A stretch of DNA of 64,000 nt from Myxococcota bacterium. GTDB lineage: Bacteria; Myxococcota_A; UBA9160; UBA6930. A model generated the notes under the pieces. That model saw nothing but the letters and a program-made list of their open reading frames with translations. It searched no databases and was not told the origin of the DNA. A program made the translations under genes and the position numbers. Positions 20,126 to 28,850 of this stretch are shown here, one piece after another (within the stretch, counting starts at the first letter, position 1; the number at the start of each line of letters is the position of its first letter). The DNA is taken from contig OZ245002.1 in NCBI GenBank assembly GCA_965223415.1, forward strand, positions 800,001-864,000. Reading direction: 5' to 3'.

Positions 20126-20572
20126 TCAGCCCCCGAGCAGCAGCCAGAGCGCGACGGCGACCGTGTAGAAGGTGAGGCTGGCGCCGAGGAGCGCCGCGAC
20201 GCGGGGCGCTCGCGGCACGGAGGCGGCGGGGTCGGCGCTCTCGCGGTGCAGCCGCGCCGCCTCGAAGACGGCACCGAGGGCCCGGTCCTCGGGCACGCCG
20301 GCCAGGCGCAGCTCGCCGCGCACGTCCGTCAGGCGGTGGCCCAGGTCGAAGCTCTCGAGGGCGTAGAGCGTGCAGGCCATCTCGGCGGCGGGTCCGGGTG
20401 CCAGGCCCTGGTCGCGGAGGCTCTTCTCCATGCGGCGCACGCCGCAGCGCCGAGCGAGCGGGTGGCGCAGCACCAGGTCGGCGGAGAGTGCGCTGGCGGC
20501 GCGGGCGGGCATGCCCTGCTCGCCGAGGGCGGCGGCCAGAGCTTCGGGACGGCTGGGGCTGCCGGAGGCCAT
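20126..20572 (-). CDS. hypothetical protein with C-terminal TM helix
   Basis: 148-aa ORF filling the gap; hydrophobic C-terminus. Confidence 0.55.
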   Translation of the reverse strand: MASGSPSRPEALAAALGEQGMPARAASALSADLVLRHPLARRCGVRRMEKSLRDQGLAPGPAAEMACTLYALESFDLGHRLTDVRGELRLAGVPEDRALGAVFEAARLHRESADPAASVPRAPRVAALLGASLTFYTVAVALWLLLGG

Positions 20573-20621
20573 GGCCCACGGATCGGCCGGGCGCGGGCGG
20601 GGCTGAAGGGGTGGCGAGTGC

Positions 20622-21029
20622 CTACTCGTGCCGGGGCACGTGGCAGTACTCGCAGGCCCCGGAGAGCTGGCCCGCCCAGAAGTAGTTGGGCGGGCTCCAG
20701 CGGGCGGCCTCGAGGGCGCGGTCGATGTCGGCCCGGAGCTCCGGCGCCGCCCGGTCGATGCGCGGGTGGCTCGAGTGCTCGCGGGGGGTGAGCTCCCGAA
20801 CGAGCTGTCGCATCTCGCTGAGCAGCGCCACGACGCGCTCGGGGTCCGGCGCCGGCTGGGCCATCTGCTCGTCCAGGGCGCGGATGCGCGCCGCCAGGTT
20901 GCCCATGGTGCCGCGGATCTCGCCCTCGCTGATGTAGTGGAAGTCCGGCGGGTAGGTGACGTGGCGGAGGGCCGCCGCCGAGCAGCCGAACGCCAGCCCG
21001 GCTGCTGCCAGAGCGATCCAGAGCCTCAT
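20622..21029 (-). CDS. lipoprotein c-type cytochrome with C-terminal CxxCH (class II-like)
   Basis: ATG at 21029; lipobox-like LAFGC; helical body; CEYCH near the C-terminus. Confidence 0.75.
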   Translation of the reverse strand: MRLWIALAAAGLAFGCSAAALRHVTYPPDFHYISEGEIRGTMGNLAARIRALDEQMAQPAPDPERVVALLSEMRQLVRELTPREHSSHPRIDRAAPELRADIDRALEAARWSPPNYFWAGQLSGACEYCHVPRHE

Positions 21030-21049
21030 CCCTTCCCCCCTTCTTCCCT

Positions 21050-21331
21050 CTATTCCCGTTGCTCCCACTGCGCCGGCGTGAGCGTGCGCAGGGAGAGCGC
21101 GTGGATCCATTCGTCCATCTCGTCGCGGAGCGCGTCGAAGACGAGGCGCTGGGCCGCGACCCGGTTCAGGCCGTCGAAGCGATCCGAGACGACGAGCGCC
21201 CGGAAGTGGCCCTTGCCGTCCCGGGCGCCGGCGTGGCCCGCGTGGAGGTGGCTCTCGTCCACCACCTCCACGTGGCTCGCGGCCAGCCGCTCGCGAAGCA
21301 CTCCCTCCAGGCGCTCGCCGCGTTCGCTCAC
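21050..21331 (-). CDS. bolA: BolA family protein
   Basis: DESHLHAGHAG, HFRALVVSDRF, IHALSL. Confidence 0.92.
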   Translation of the reverse strand: MSERGERLEGVLRERLAASHVEVVDESHLHAGHAGARDGKGHFRALVVSDRFDGLNRVAAQRLVFDALRDEMDEWIHALSLRTLTPAQWEQRE

Positions 21332-21334
21332 CCT

Positions 21335-22489
21335 CTAGGGATCCTTCGGCAGGCCGAGGATGCGCTCGGCGATGATGTTGCGCTGGATGTTCGGCGTGCC
21401 GCCGCCGATCACGACCTCCGGCCAGCCGAGGGCCATGCGCTGCCACTTGCCGTCGTCGGGCACGGCGTCCGCGCCCTTCGCCAGCGGCCCGCGGCTGCCC
21501 TGGATCTCGAGGGCGAGCTCGCCCAGCTCCACCTCGAGCTCGGCGCGGTGGAGCTTGTTCACCGAGGTCTCGCTGCCGAGCTTCTCGCCCTTGAGCTGGG
21601 CGGTGAGGTAGCGCATGCCGTTCAGGCGCATGGCCTCGATGCGCGCGTCGGCCCGGGCGATGCGGCGGCGGATGCCCGGATCCTCGGCGGCCGGCCGCCC
21701 GTTCTTCTTGCAGCGGCGGGCCAGGTCCCGGACGTCCTCGAGGCTTCGCTGGAGGCCCTGCACCTCGGCGATGCTCGAGCGCTCGTGGGCGAGGGCGGAG
21801 ACGGTGACCTTCCAGCCCTGCCCTTCCTCGCCGAGCCGGTTCGCGACCGGGACCTTCACGTCGTCGAAGAACACCTCGGCGAAGACCGCGCCGCCGGTCA
21901 TGTTGCGGATCGGGCGCACGGTGATGCCGGGGGTGTCCATCGGCACGAGCAGGCAGGTGATGCCATCGTGCTTGGAGCCGTCGCCGCTCGTGCGCACGAG
22001 GAGAATGATCCACTGGGACCACATGGCGATGGACGTCCAGATCTTCTGGCCGTTCACCACGTAGTGGTCGCCATCCCGCTCCCCCTTGCACTTGAGGGAC
22101 GCGAGATCGCTGCCCGAGTCGGGCTCCGAGTAGCCGGTGCACCACTGGACCTTGCCGTCGAGGATGTCGGGGATGTAGGTCTGCTTCTGCTCCTCGGTGC
22201 CGTACTCGATCACCGCCGGGCCGACCCAGGCCAGGCCCATGAAGCAGGTGCCGAGGGCGGGGGCGTGGGCCTTCGCCATCTCGTCCTTCAGGATCACCTG
22301 CTGGGCGATGCCACCGCCGCCGCCGCCGACCTCTTCGGGCCAGGAGAAGCCGACCCAGCGCTTGGCGCGCACGGCCCGGTGCCAGGCGTGGATCTCCTCC
22401 GGCGTGCCGCTCTTGGGCAGGTGCTCCTCGATGAAGGCGCGCACCTCGGCGCGGAAGGCCTCCTCCTCGGGCGTGAAGTCGAAGTCCAT
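21335..22489 (-). CDS. acyl-CoA dehydrogenase
   Basis: MDFDFTPEEEAFRAEVR, YSEPDSGSDLASL, NGQKIWTS, IGGGTPNIQRNII. Confidence 0.92.
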   Translation of the reverse strand: MDFDFTPEEEAFRAEVRAFIEEHLPKSGTPEEIHAWHRAVRAKRWVGFSWPEEVGGGGGGIAQQVILKDEMAKAHAPALGTCFMGLAWVGPAVIEYGTEEQKQTYIPDILDGKVQWCTGYSEPDSGSDLASLKCKGERDGDHYVVNGQKIWTSIAMWSQWIILLVRTSGDGSKHDGITCLLVPMDTPGITVRPIRNMTGGAVFAEVFFDDVKVPVANRLGEEGQGWKVTVSALAHERSSIAEVQGLQRSLEDVRDLARRCKKNGRPAAEDPGIRRRIARADARIEAMRLNGMRYLTAQLKGEKLGSETSVNKLHRAELEVELGELALEIQGSRGPLAKGADAVPDDGKWQRMALGWPEVVIGGGTPNIQRNIIAERILGLPKDP

Positions 22490-23607
22490 CACAGGCCTCC
22501 GAGAGCGGCGACGCGCTCGTAGTGGTGGTCGGCGTCGCCGAAGATCGGGCGCACCCACTTGGCGCGCTTCAGGTAGAGATGGGCGTCGTACTCCCAGGTG
22601 TAGCCGATGCCGCCGTGGAGCTGGACGCCGTCGATGCCGATGCGCGGGAAGGCCTCGCTGGCGTAGGCCTTGGCGCGGGAGGCGGCGAGGGGGAGATCGG
22701 CGTGGCCTTCGTCGATGCACCAGGCCGCGTAGTAGACGAGGGACTTGAAGGACTCGACGTCGACGTACATCTCGGCCAGGGGGTGCTTCACGCCCTGAAA
22801 GGTGCCGATGGGGCGCCCGAACTGGATGCGCTCCTTCGCGTAGCCGGTCGTGAGGCGGAGTGCGGCCTCGGCGGCGCCGACGGCCTCGGCGGTAACCGCC
22901 GTGGCACCGGCGTCGAAGAGGCGGGCCACGGCCGCGGCATCGCCGTTCGCGAGGATCGCGTCCCCGGCGATCTCCACGTTCTCGAGCCGCAGGCGGCCGA
23001 GCCGCTTGGTGAGGTCGATGCCCGGCCAGTCGCTGGCGCGTACGCCTGTCTGAGCCTTCTCGACGACGGCCAGGACCAGCTCGCCCTCGCGGCGGAAGGC
23101 CACGACGAAGAGATCGGCCGCAGCGGCGTTCTGCACGAAGAGCTTCTCGCCGGAGAGGACGACGCCGTCGCCCTGCGGGCGGGCGGCGAGCTGGATGCCC
23201 GCGGGCCCGGGCGTGTCGTCCTCCTCGATCAGGGCGACGCTGCCGATGGTGGTGCCGTTCGCGAGGCCGGGCAGGTAGCGCGCCCGTTGGGCGTCGCTGC
23301 CGGCCTGGGAGATCGCGTCGGCCGCGAGCGTGGTCGCGACGAGCGGCGAGGGGAAGAGGCTGCGACCGGTCTCCTCCAGCACGACGACCAGGTCGACCCA
23401 GCCGAGGCCGGCGCCGCCGTGGGCCTCGGGCACGACCAGGCCCGTCCAGCCGAGCTCGGCGATCTGCTTCCAGAGGGCAGGGTCGTAGCCGGGGCCGGCC
23501 TCGTCCTCGGTCACGCGCCGCACGTCGTCGAGGGGCGCCCGGGTGTCGAGGAGCTTGCGCACCTCGCTGCGGAGGAGCTCCTGCTCCTCGCTGAAGCCGA
23601 AGTTCAT
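22489..23607 (-). CDS. acyl-CoA dehydrogenase (probable partner subunit)
   Basis: MNFGFSEEQ, RIQFGRPIGTFQGVKH, QLHGGIGYTWE; stop overlaps the next start. Confidence 0.92.
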   Translation of the reverse strand: MNFGFSEEQELLRSEVRKLLDTRAPLDDVRRVTEDEAGPGYDPALWKQIAELGWTGLVVPEAHGGAGLGWVDLVVVLEETGRSLFPSPLVATTLAADAISQAGSDAQRARYLPGLANGTTIGSVALIEEDDTPGPAGIQLAARPQGDGVVLSGEKLFVQNAAAADLFVVAFRREGELVLAVVEKAQTGVRASDWPGIDLTKRLGRLRLENVEIAGDAILANGDAAAVARLFDAGATAVTAEAVGAAEAALRLTTGYAKERIQFGRPIGTFQGVKHPLAEMYVDVESFKSLVYYAAWCIDEGHADLPLAASRAKAYASEAFPRIGIDGVQLHGGIGYTWEYDAHLYLKRAKWVRPIFGDADHHYERVAALGGL

Positions 23608-23750
23608 GGGAGGGTCCGATCGCTGAGGGGGAGAGCGGGGGATGATCCGCAACCCCCGGGGAGGGGTCAAGCCCTGCGATTCCGGGCACTTGGCCATGCC
23701 TTGAATCTTTCCGACCGGGCCGCGTCGGAACCGGGCAGGAGGTTCCCAGC

Positions 23751-24119
23751 ATGATCCGATCCCGCCGTTCCGCTCGGGCCCTGGCCGCGGCCAGCGGCCT
23801 CGCCTTCCTGCTCTCCGCCGGCGGCGCCTCGGCGCACCACGACGACCACCGCAAGCGCCGCCACCGCGTGGTCTACCACGACGACTACTGCAGCTCCCGC
23901 AGCGACTACCGGCATCACGACCGCTACGAGCGACGCCACCATCGCCGCCACCACCGCTACGAGCGACGCCGCGAGAGCTACTACTGCGAGCCCTGCGGCC
24001 ACCGCTTCCACTCCCGCCACAAGTTCCACCGCCACCTGAGCCACCACCACCACATCCCGCTGATCGCCCTCCCCTTCGTCATCGTGAAGAGCGCCCTCGG
24101 CTGGGTCTTCCACGGCTAG
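23751..24119 (+). CDS. exported His/Arg-rich small protein with C2H2 zinc-finger-like motif
   Basis: GGAGG RBS; signal peptide with RR and ASA; YYCEPCGHRFHSRHKFHRHLSHH; hydrophobic C-terminus. Confidence 0.7.
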   Translation: MIRSRRSARALAAASGLAFLLSAGGASAHHDDHRKRRHRVVYHDDYCSSRSDYRHHDRYERRHHRRHHRYERRRESYYCEPCGHRFHSRHKFHRHLSHHHHIPLIALPFVIVKSALGWVFHG

Positions 24120-24126
24120 CCCAGAA

Positions 24127-24196
24127 CGCAAGAACGGGGACGTTCCTTGCATCTTGCGCAATTGCGCAAGATGCAAGGAACGTCCCCGTTCTTGCG
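24127..24196. repeat. perfect 70-bp palindrome (REP doublet, family 1)
   Basis: CGCAAGAACGGGGACGTTCCTTGCATCTTGCGCAA followed by its exact reverse complement. Confidence 0.95.
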
Positions 24197-24223
24197 CTTT
24201 TGCGGATTCGGTAGGGTGGGGGC

Positions 24224-24814
24224 GTGGAGCCGCGAGAGGTGCTCGACTACTGGTTCGACGGGGTCGGGGCGGACGGGGAGCCGGGCCCGGCGGCGGCGCG
24301 GCGATGGTTCGGCGGAGGGCGCGCCGTAGACGAGGAGATCCGCGAGCGCTTCGGGGACGCGACCGGCGAGGCGCTCCGGGGCGGCTTCGTCGCGTGGGAG
24401 AACGCGCCGCGCTCCCGGCTCGCGCTCGTGGTGATGCTCGATCAGTTCACGCGCAACCTGTACCGCGGGCGGGCCCAGGGGTTCGACGGGGACGGGCGCG
24501 CGCTCGCCCTCACGCGCGCGACCCTCGCGGCCGGAGAGGACGCGGAGCTCTCGCCGGTCGAGCGCTACTTCCTCTACATGCCACTCGAGCACGCAGAGGA
24601 CGCGGGCGCCCAGGACGAGGCGGTTCGCCGCTTCACCGCCCTCTCCGAGGAGCGACCGGGAAGCCGCTTCTTCGGCGGCGGCGGCGACTGGGCCGTCCGC
24701 CACCAGAGGACGATCGAGCGCTTCGGGCGCTTCCCGTCCCGCAACGCCGCGCTGGGCCGCGAGACGACCCAGGCCGAGGCCGCCTTCCTGCGGGAGAACC
24801 CGTCGGGGTTCTGA
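24224..24814 (+). CDS. DUF924 family protein
   Basis: VLDYWF, LDQFTRNLYRG, FLYMPLEHAE, IERFGRFPSRN. Confidence 0.9.
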   Translation: MEPREVLDYWFDGVGADGEPGPAAARRWFGGGRAVDEEIRERFGDATGEALRGGFVAWENAPRSRLALVVMLDQFTRNLYRGRAQGFDGDGRALALTRATLAAGEDAELSPVERYFLYMPLEHAEDAGAQDEAVRRFTALSEERPGSRFFGGGGDWAVRHQRTIERFGRFPSRNAALGRETTQAEAAFLRENPSGF

Positions 24815-24822
24815 GAGCGCGC

Positions 24823-25035
24823 CTAGGACCGCTCGAAGTCGAGGCGGCGATCGCGCCAGATGATGCGGAGCAGCGGCGCCAGGATCACGAGTTCGCCCAC
24901 CAGCCAGAGCAGGACGGAGGCGCCCCCGCCGAAGTTCGGGTTCTCGGCGCCGAGCTGGGAGACCCCGACCGTCAGCCCCGCGGTCAGGACGAGCCACAGG
25001 ACGAAGAGCAGCAGGTTGATGAAGATCTGGACCAT
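24823..25035 (-). CDS. small two-TM membrane protein
   Basis: 70-aa ORF, GAGGT RBS, two hydrophobic helices. Confidence 0.7.
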   Translation of the reverse strand: MVQIFINLLLFVLWLVLTAGLTVGVSQLGAENPNFGGGASVLLWLVGELVILAPLLRIIWRDRRLDFERS

Positions 25036-25122
25036 GGAGACCTCGCTCGCGATGCGGGGCCCATCCTAGTCCATCCGCCGGCCACCCGGCACGGGCGCGG
25101 GCGGCCCGCCTAGACTCGCCCC

Positions 25123-25860
25123 ATGCCCGCCGATCCGTTGGCCCATGCCCCCGCCCAGGCGCTGGAGCGCATCGCCGCCCTCGACGCCCGCGCCCTCGCC
25201 GACGAGATCGACCGGCACGGCGCCGCCCGCATTCCCCGGCTCCTGCCCGCCGCGGCCTGTGCCCCCCTGCGCCGGGCCTTCCGGGACGACGACCGGTTCC
25301 GCGCGACGATCGACATGGCCCGCCATCGCTTCGGCGAAGGCACCTACCGCTACTTCGCGAGCCCTCTACCCGGCCTGGTGGAGGAGCTGCGCCGCGCCCT
25401 GTATCCGCCGCTCGCCCGCGTCGCGAACGCCTGGGAGGCCCGACGGGGCCGCGAGGGTCGCTTCCCCCGTACGCTCCCGGCCTTCCTCGCCCGCTGCGCC
25501 GACGCCGGGCAGCAGCGCCCGACGCCGCTCCTGCTTCGCTACGAGGCCGGCGGCTACAACTGCCTGCATCAGGACCGCTACGGGGAGGTCGCCTTCCCGC
25601 TGCAGGTGGTGGTCCAGCTCGCGCGGCAGGGCGTCGACTTCGAGGGCGGCGAGCTGCTGCTGGTGGAGCAGCGGCCGCGCATGCAGTCCGTCGGCCGCGC
25701 CTTCGCCCTGGAGCGCGGCGAGGCCCTCGTCTTCCCCAACGCCGACCGTCCGGTCGCCGGCGCCCGCGGCGCCTACCGCGTCCAGGTGCGGCACGGCGTC
25801 TCGGAGCTCCGGCTGGGCGAGCGGATGACCCTGGGCTTGATCTTCCACGACGCGACCTAG
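25123..25860 (+). CDS. 2OG-Fe(II) oxygenase (DUF2086-like)
   Basis: RPTPLLL, NCLHQD, EQRPRMQS, RHGVS, GLIFHDA. Confidence 0.88.
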   Translation: MPADPLAHAPAQALERIAALDARALADEIDRHGAARIPRLLPAAACAPLRRAFRDDDRFRATIDMARHRFGEGTYRYFASPLPGLVEELRRALYPPLARVANAWEARRGREGRFPRTLPAFLARCADAGQQRPTPLLLRYEAGGYNCLHQDRYGEVAFPLQVVVQLARQGVDFEGGELLLVEQRPRMQSVGRAFALERGEALVFPNADRPVAGARGAYRVQVRHGVSELRLGERMTLGLIFHDAT

Positions 25861-25943
25861 GGGCGAGGTGCCCCAGCCCTTCGGTGGCTGGGGCGTGAGG
25901 CAACGACGTTCCCGTCCGGAAGCGCCCTGGGCACGGCTTGCGC

Positions 25944-25959
25944 GGGAACGGCGCTTGCT
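25944..25959 (+). promoter_or_regulatory. putative sigma54 promoter
   Basis: GGGAACGGCGCTTGCT (GG-N10-GC with TTGC), 30 nt upstream of ATG 25989. Confidence 0.55.
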
Positions 25960-25988
25960 TGCCCCTGCTGGGTGAAGGGAGCGCGCCC

Positions 25989-26099
25989 ATGAGCGAGCAG
26001 ACCCTGATCCGCGTAGCGATCGGCGTGGGAGGCCTGGGCTTCCTGGCCCTGATGTCCTACGCCGTGATCCTCCAGGTCCGGATCTTCACCGCCTTCTAG
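25989..26099 (+). CDS. 36-aa single-TM small protein (not in ORF track)
   Basis: MSEQTLIRVAIGVGGLGFLALMSYAVILQVRIFTAF; AAGGGAG RBS; high GC3. Confidence 0.65.
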   Translation: MSEQTLIRVAIGVGGLGFLALMSYAVILQVRIFTAF

Positions 26100-26108
26100 C
26101 ACCGGCGG

Positions 26109-27296
26109 TCAGACGACCTTCTTCTCCGCCAGGGCGGCGAGCTCGTCCGGGCCGAGTCCCAGCTCGCCGTAGATCCGGGCGTTGTCCTGGCCCAGGTCCG
26201 GCGCCAGGGCGCGGGCGCGGGGGGCCGCGCCGCCGAAGCGCAGCGGATTGCCGTGGAAGACCACCTCGCCAAGGGTCGCATGGGCGTGGCGCTCGATCAT
26301 GCCGCGGGCCAGGAGCTGCTCGTCGGCGAGCAGGTCTTCGGGCCGCTCCACCTTCGCGCAGGGCACGTCGGCACCCCCCGGCCCGAGGGCGGCGAGCGCC
26401 TGGTCGCAGCTGCGCGTCGCCATCCACTCGGCCACCACGGCGTTGATCTCGGCGCGCCGGGCCGAGCGGCCGCGGTGGCTGCGGAAGCGCTCCTCGGAGG
26501 AGAGCTCGGGCCGGCCGATCGCCTCCATCAGCTTCCGGAAGAGCTTGTTGCTCGCGGTCCCCACCACCACGTGGCCGTCGGTCGTGGCGAAGGCGTCGTA
26601 GGGCGCGGTGAAGGGATGCTGGTTCCCGACCCGCTCCATCGCCTGGCCGATGCCGGCATGGATCGACGCCGCCGAGTCGGTGATTGCGAAGATGGCGTCC
26701 TGGTTCGAGAGATCGAGCACCCGGGCGCGGCCGGTGCGATCGCGATCGCGCAGGCCGGCGAGGAGACCCACCACCAGGTAGAGCCCGCCCACGAAATCGG
26801 CCAGGGCACCGCCGCCGCGCAGCGGGCCGCCTCCCTCCAGGCCCGTGATGCCCATCGGCCCGCCGGCAGCCTGGGCCACGATGTCGTAGCTCGCCTGGCC
26901 GGCCCGCGGCCCGGTCTGGCCGAAGCCGGAGAGCGACGCCACCACCAGCCGCGGGTTGCGCTCCTGCAGCACCTCCGCACCCAGTCCGTGCTTCGCCAGG
27001 AAGCCCGCGCGGAAGTTCTCCACCAGCGCGTCGGCGCCCTCGCACAGGCGCAGAAGGAGCTCGCGACCCTCGGGCTGGCGTACGTCGAGGGTGACCGAGT
27101 GCTTGCCCCGGTTCGTGTTCTGGAACGAGAGCGAGGTCTCGCCCTTCGGCGAGGGGCCGTAGCGGTAGTCGTCTCCGGTTCCGGGTCGCTCGATCTTGAC
27201 GACCTCGGCGCCGAGATCGGCGAGGATCGCCGTGGCGAAGGGCCCGGCGACGACCCGCGTGAGATCGAGGACGCGAACGCCCTCGAGGAGCCCCAC
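26109..27296 (-). CDS. CaiB/BaiF family III CoA-transferase
   Basis: GTG overlapping the frdD stop; LEGVRVLDLTRVVAGP, NRGKHS, ENFR, SGFGQTGP. Confidence 0.9.
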   Translation of the reverse strand: MGLLEGVRVLDLTRVVAGPFATAILADLGAEVVKIERPGTGDDYRYGPSPKGETSLSFQNTNRGKHSVTLDVRQPEGRELLLRLCEGADALVENFRAGFLAKHGLGAEVLQERNPRLVVASLSGFGQTGPRAGQASYDIVAQAAGGPMGITGLEGGGPLRGGGALADFVGGLYLVVGLLAGLRDRDRTGRARVLDLSNQDAIFAITDSAASIHAGIGQAMERVGNQHPFTAPYDAFATTDGHVVVGTASNKLFRKLMEAIGRPELSSEERFRSHRGRSARRAEINAVVAEWMATRSCDQALAALGPGGADVPCAKVERPEDLLADEQLLARGMIERHAHATLGEVVFHGNPLRFGGAAPRARALAPDLGQDNARIYGELGLGPDELAALAEKKVV

Positions 27297-27661
27297 TAGG
27301 CGTGGAGCCGCGCCACCGCCAGGATCGCGGCAACGCTGCCGGCCAAGGCGGCGCCGTAGCACAGGAAGCCGACCAGGCCGTCGCTCTTCAGGCCGCCGAA
27401 GTCGATCCACAGGTGGCGCAAGTGATGAGCGCCGCCCCACAGCGGAAGCGCCATCGCCGCCAGCACGACCAGGGTACCGACCGGGTTGGTGACGAGGGCG
27501 AACATGCGGTCGTAGCCGAGCGCCTGACCGTTCACGACGCCGAGGCCGCCGCCGAGCGCCACGACCAGGATGAAGACCGGCAGGAGCAGGCCTCCGACCA
27601 TCATGCCGGCGCTGAACAAGAGCCAGATGATCGGCTCGAGCTTGAGCATCAGCGTCTTCAC
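27296..27661 (-). CDS. frdD: fumarate reductase membrane anchor D
   Basis: EPIIWLLFSAG, three TMs, HHLRH...D; operon position. Confidence 0.75.
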   Translation of the reverse strand: MKTLMLKLEPIIWLLFSAGMMVGGLLLPVFILVVALGGGLGVVNGQALGYDRMFALVTNPVGTLVVLAAMALPLWGGAHHLRHLWIDFGGLKSDGLVGFLCYGAALAGSVAAILAVARLHA

Positions 27662-28101
27662 AGCAGCGCACCTCCGAGGAAGAGCGTCCCCACCGCGAGC
27701 ACGGCGAAGAAGACACCGTAGAGGCCGGCCACGAGCACCGCGTCGGCCGGCCGCTTGAGCGGACCCATCCGATAGGGCTGGGTCGCCGGGAACAGACGGA
27801 AGAGCCGCAAGGCGAACCAGGTGAGACCGATGAAGGCCGCCACGTGGTAGGCGAGGTAGAGCGGGTGCCCCAGGCTCGCCACGTAGCCGTCCCAGGCGAC
27901 CTCGCCGTTGCCCAGCGCCCAGACGCCGCGGATCACCAGGGACGCCGAGATCATCAGGAAGGCGCCGCAGGCGCCGAAGGCCAGGTACGACGGGTAGCGG
28001 CCCTTGCCCGGGAACTGGTCAGGCGGCCGCGGCGCCGCCGTGCGGGTGGGGCCGGCCTTGGAGGGCTTCATCGCGTCGACGCGGGGTTGGAGCTCGCTCA
28101 C
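27658..28101 (-). CDS. frdC: fumarate reductase membrane anchor C (divergent)
   Basis: Three TMs; lies between frdB and frdD with overlapping start/stop codons. Confidence 0.65.
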   Translation of the reverse strand: MSELQPRVDAMKPSKAGPTRTAAPRPPDQFPGKGRYPSYLAFGACGAFLMISASLVIRGVWALGNGEVAWDGYVASLGHPLYLAYHVAAFIGLTWFALRLFRLFPATQPYRMGPLKRPADAVLVAGLYGVFFAVLAVGTLFLGGALL

Positions 28102-28850
28102 TTCACGTCCTCCCCGCGCTTCACCACGAAGCTCGTGGCCCAGTCGAGCACGTTCGTCAGCTTCGCCTGCTGGATCGCGCCGGACGGGTTCACGTTCTTG
28201 GGACAGACCTCGCTGCACTCGTTGGCGAAGGAACAGCTGAAGACGCCGCCATCGCCGCGGAAGATCTCGTTGCGCACGTGCGCGCCCTCGTCCCGCGTGT
28301 CCTGGTTGTAGCGGTGGCCCAGGGCCAGGGCCGCGGGTCCGAGGAACTCCGGCTCGTTGGAGACGACCGGGCACGCCGAATAGCAGAGCATGCAGTTGAT
28401 GCACATGCTGAAGTTCTTGAAGTCCGCCAGCTCGTCCGGCGATTGGCGGGTGGTGCCCTCTTCGACGGCGCGCTCCTTGGCCACCATGATCCAGGGCTTC
28501 ACCGCCTGGAACTTCTCCATGAAGCCCTCGAGCTCGACGACCAGGTCCTTCACGACGGGGAAGTTCGCGAGGGGACTCACCTCGATGGTGTCGCCGTAGC
28601 CGGCCACCGCATCCTTGCAGGTGAGCCTCGGCTCGCCGTTCACGTTCATGCCGCAGCTTCCGCAGACGGCCATCCGGCAGGACCAGCGATGGGAGAGAGT
28701 CGGGTCGACCGCGTCCTTGATGTGGTTCAGGGCGTCGAGGATCTTCCAGTCGGCCTCGACCTCGATCTCGTAGCTCTGGGTCTTCGGGACCTCGTCCTGA
28801 TCCGGATCGAAGCGGGTGACGACGAAGGTCTTCTTCTGCTTCTCGCTCAT
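28098..28850 (-). CDS. frdB: fumarate reductase iron-sulfur subunit
   Basis: RWSCRMAVCGSCG, CINCMLCYSACP, CSFANECSEVCPK. Confidence 0.9.
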   Translation of the reverse strand: MSEKQKKTFVVTRFDPDQDEVPKTQSYEIEVEADWKILDALNHIKDAVDPTLSHRWSCRMAVCGSCGMNVNGEPRLTCKDAVAGYGDTIEVSPLANFPVVKDLVVELEGFMEKFQAVKPWIMVAKERAVEEGTTRQSPDELADFKNFSMCINCMLCYSACPVVSNEPEFLGPAALALGHRYNQDTRDEGAHVRNEIFRGDGGVFSCSFANECSEVCPKNVNPSGAIQQAKLTNVLDWATSFVVKRGEDVK

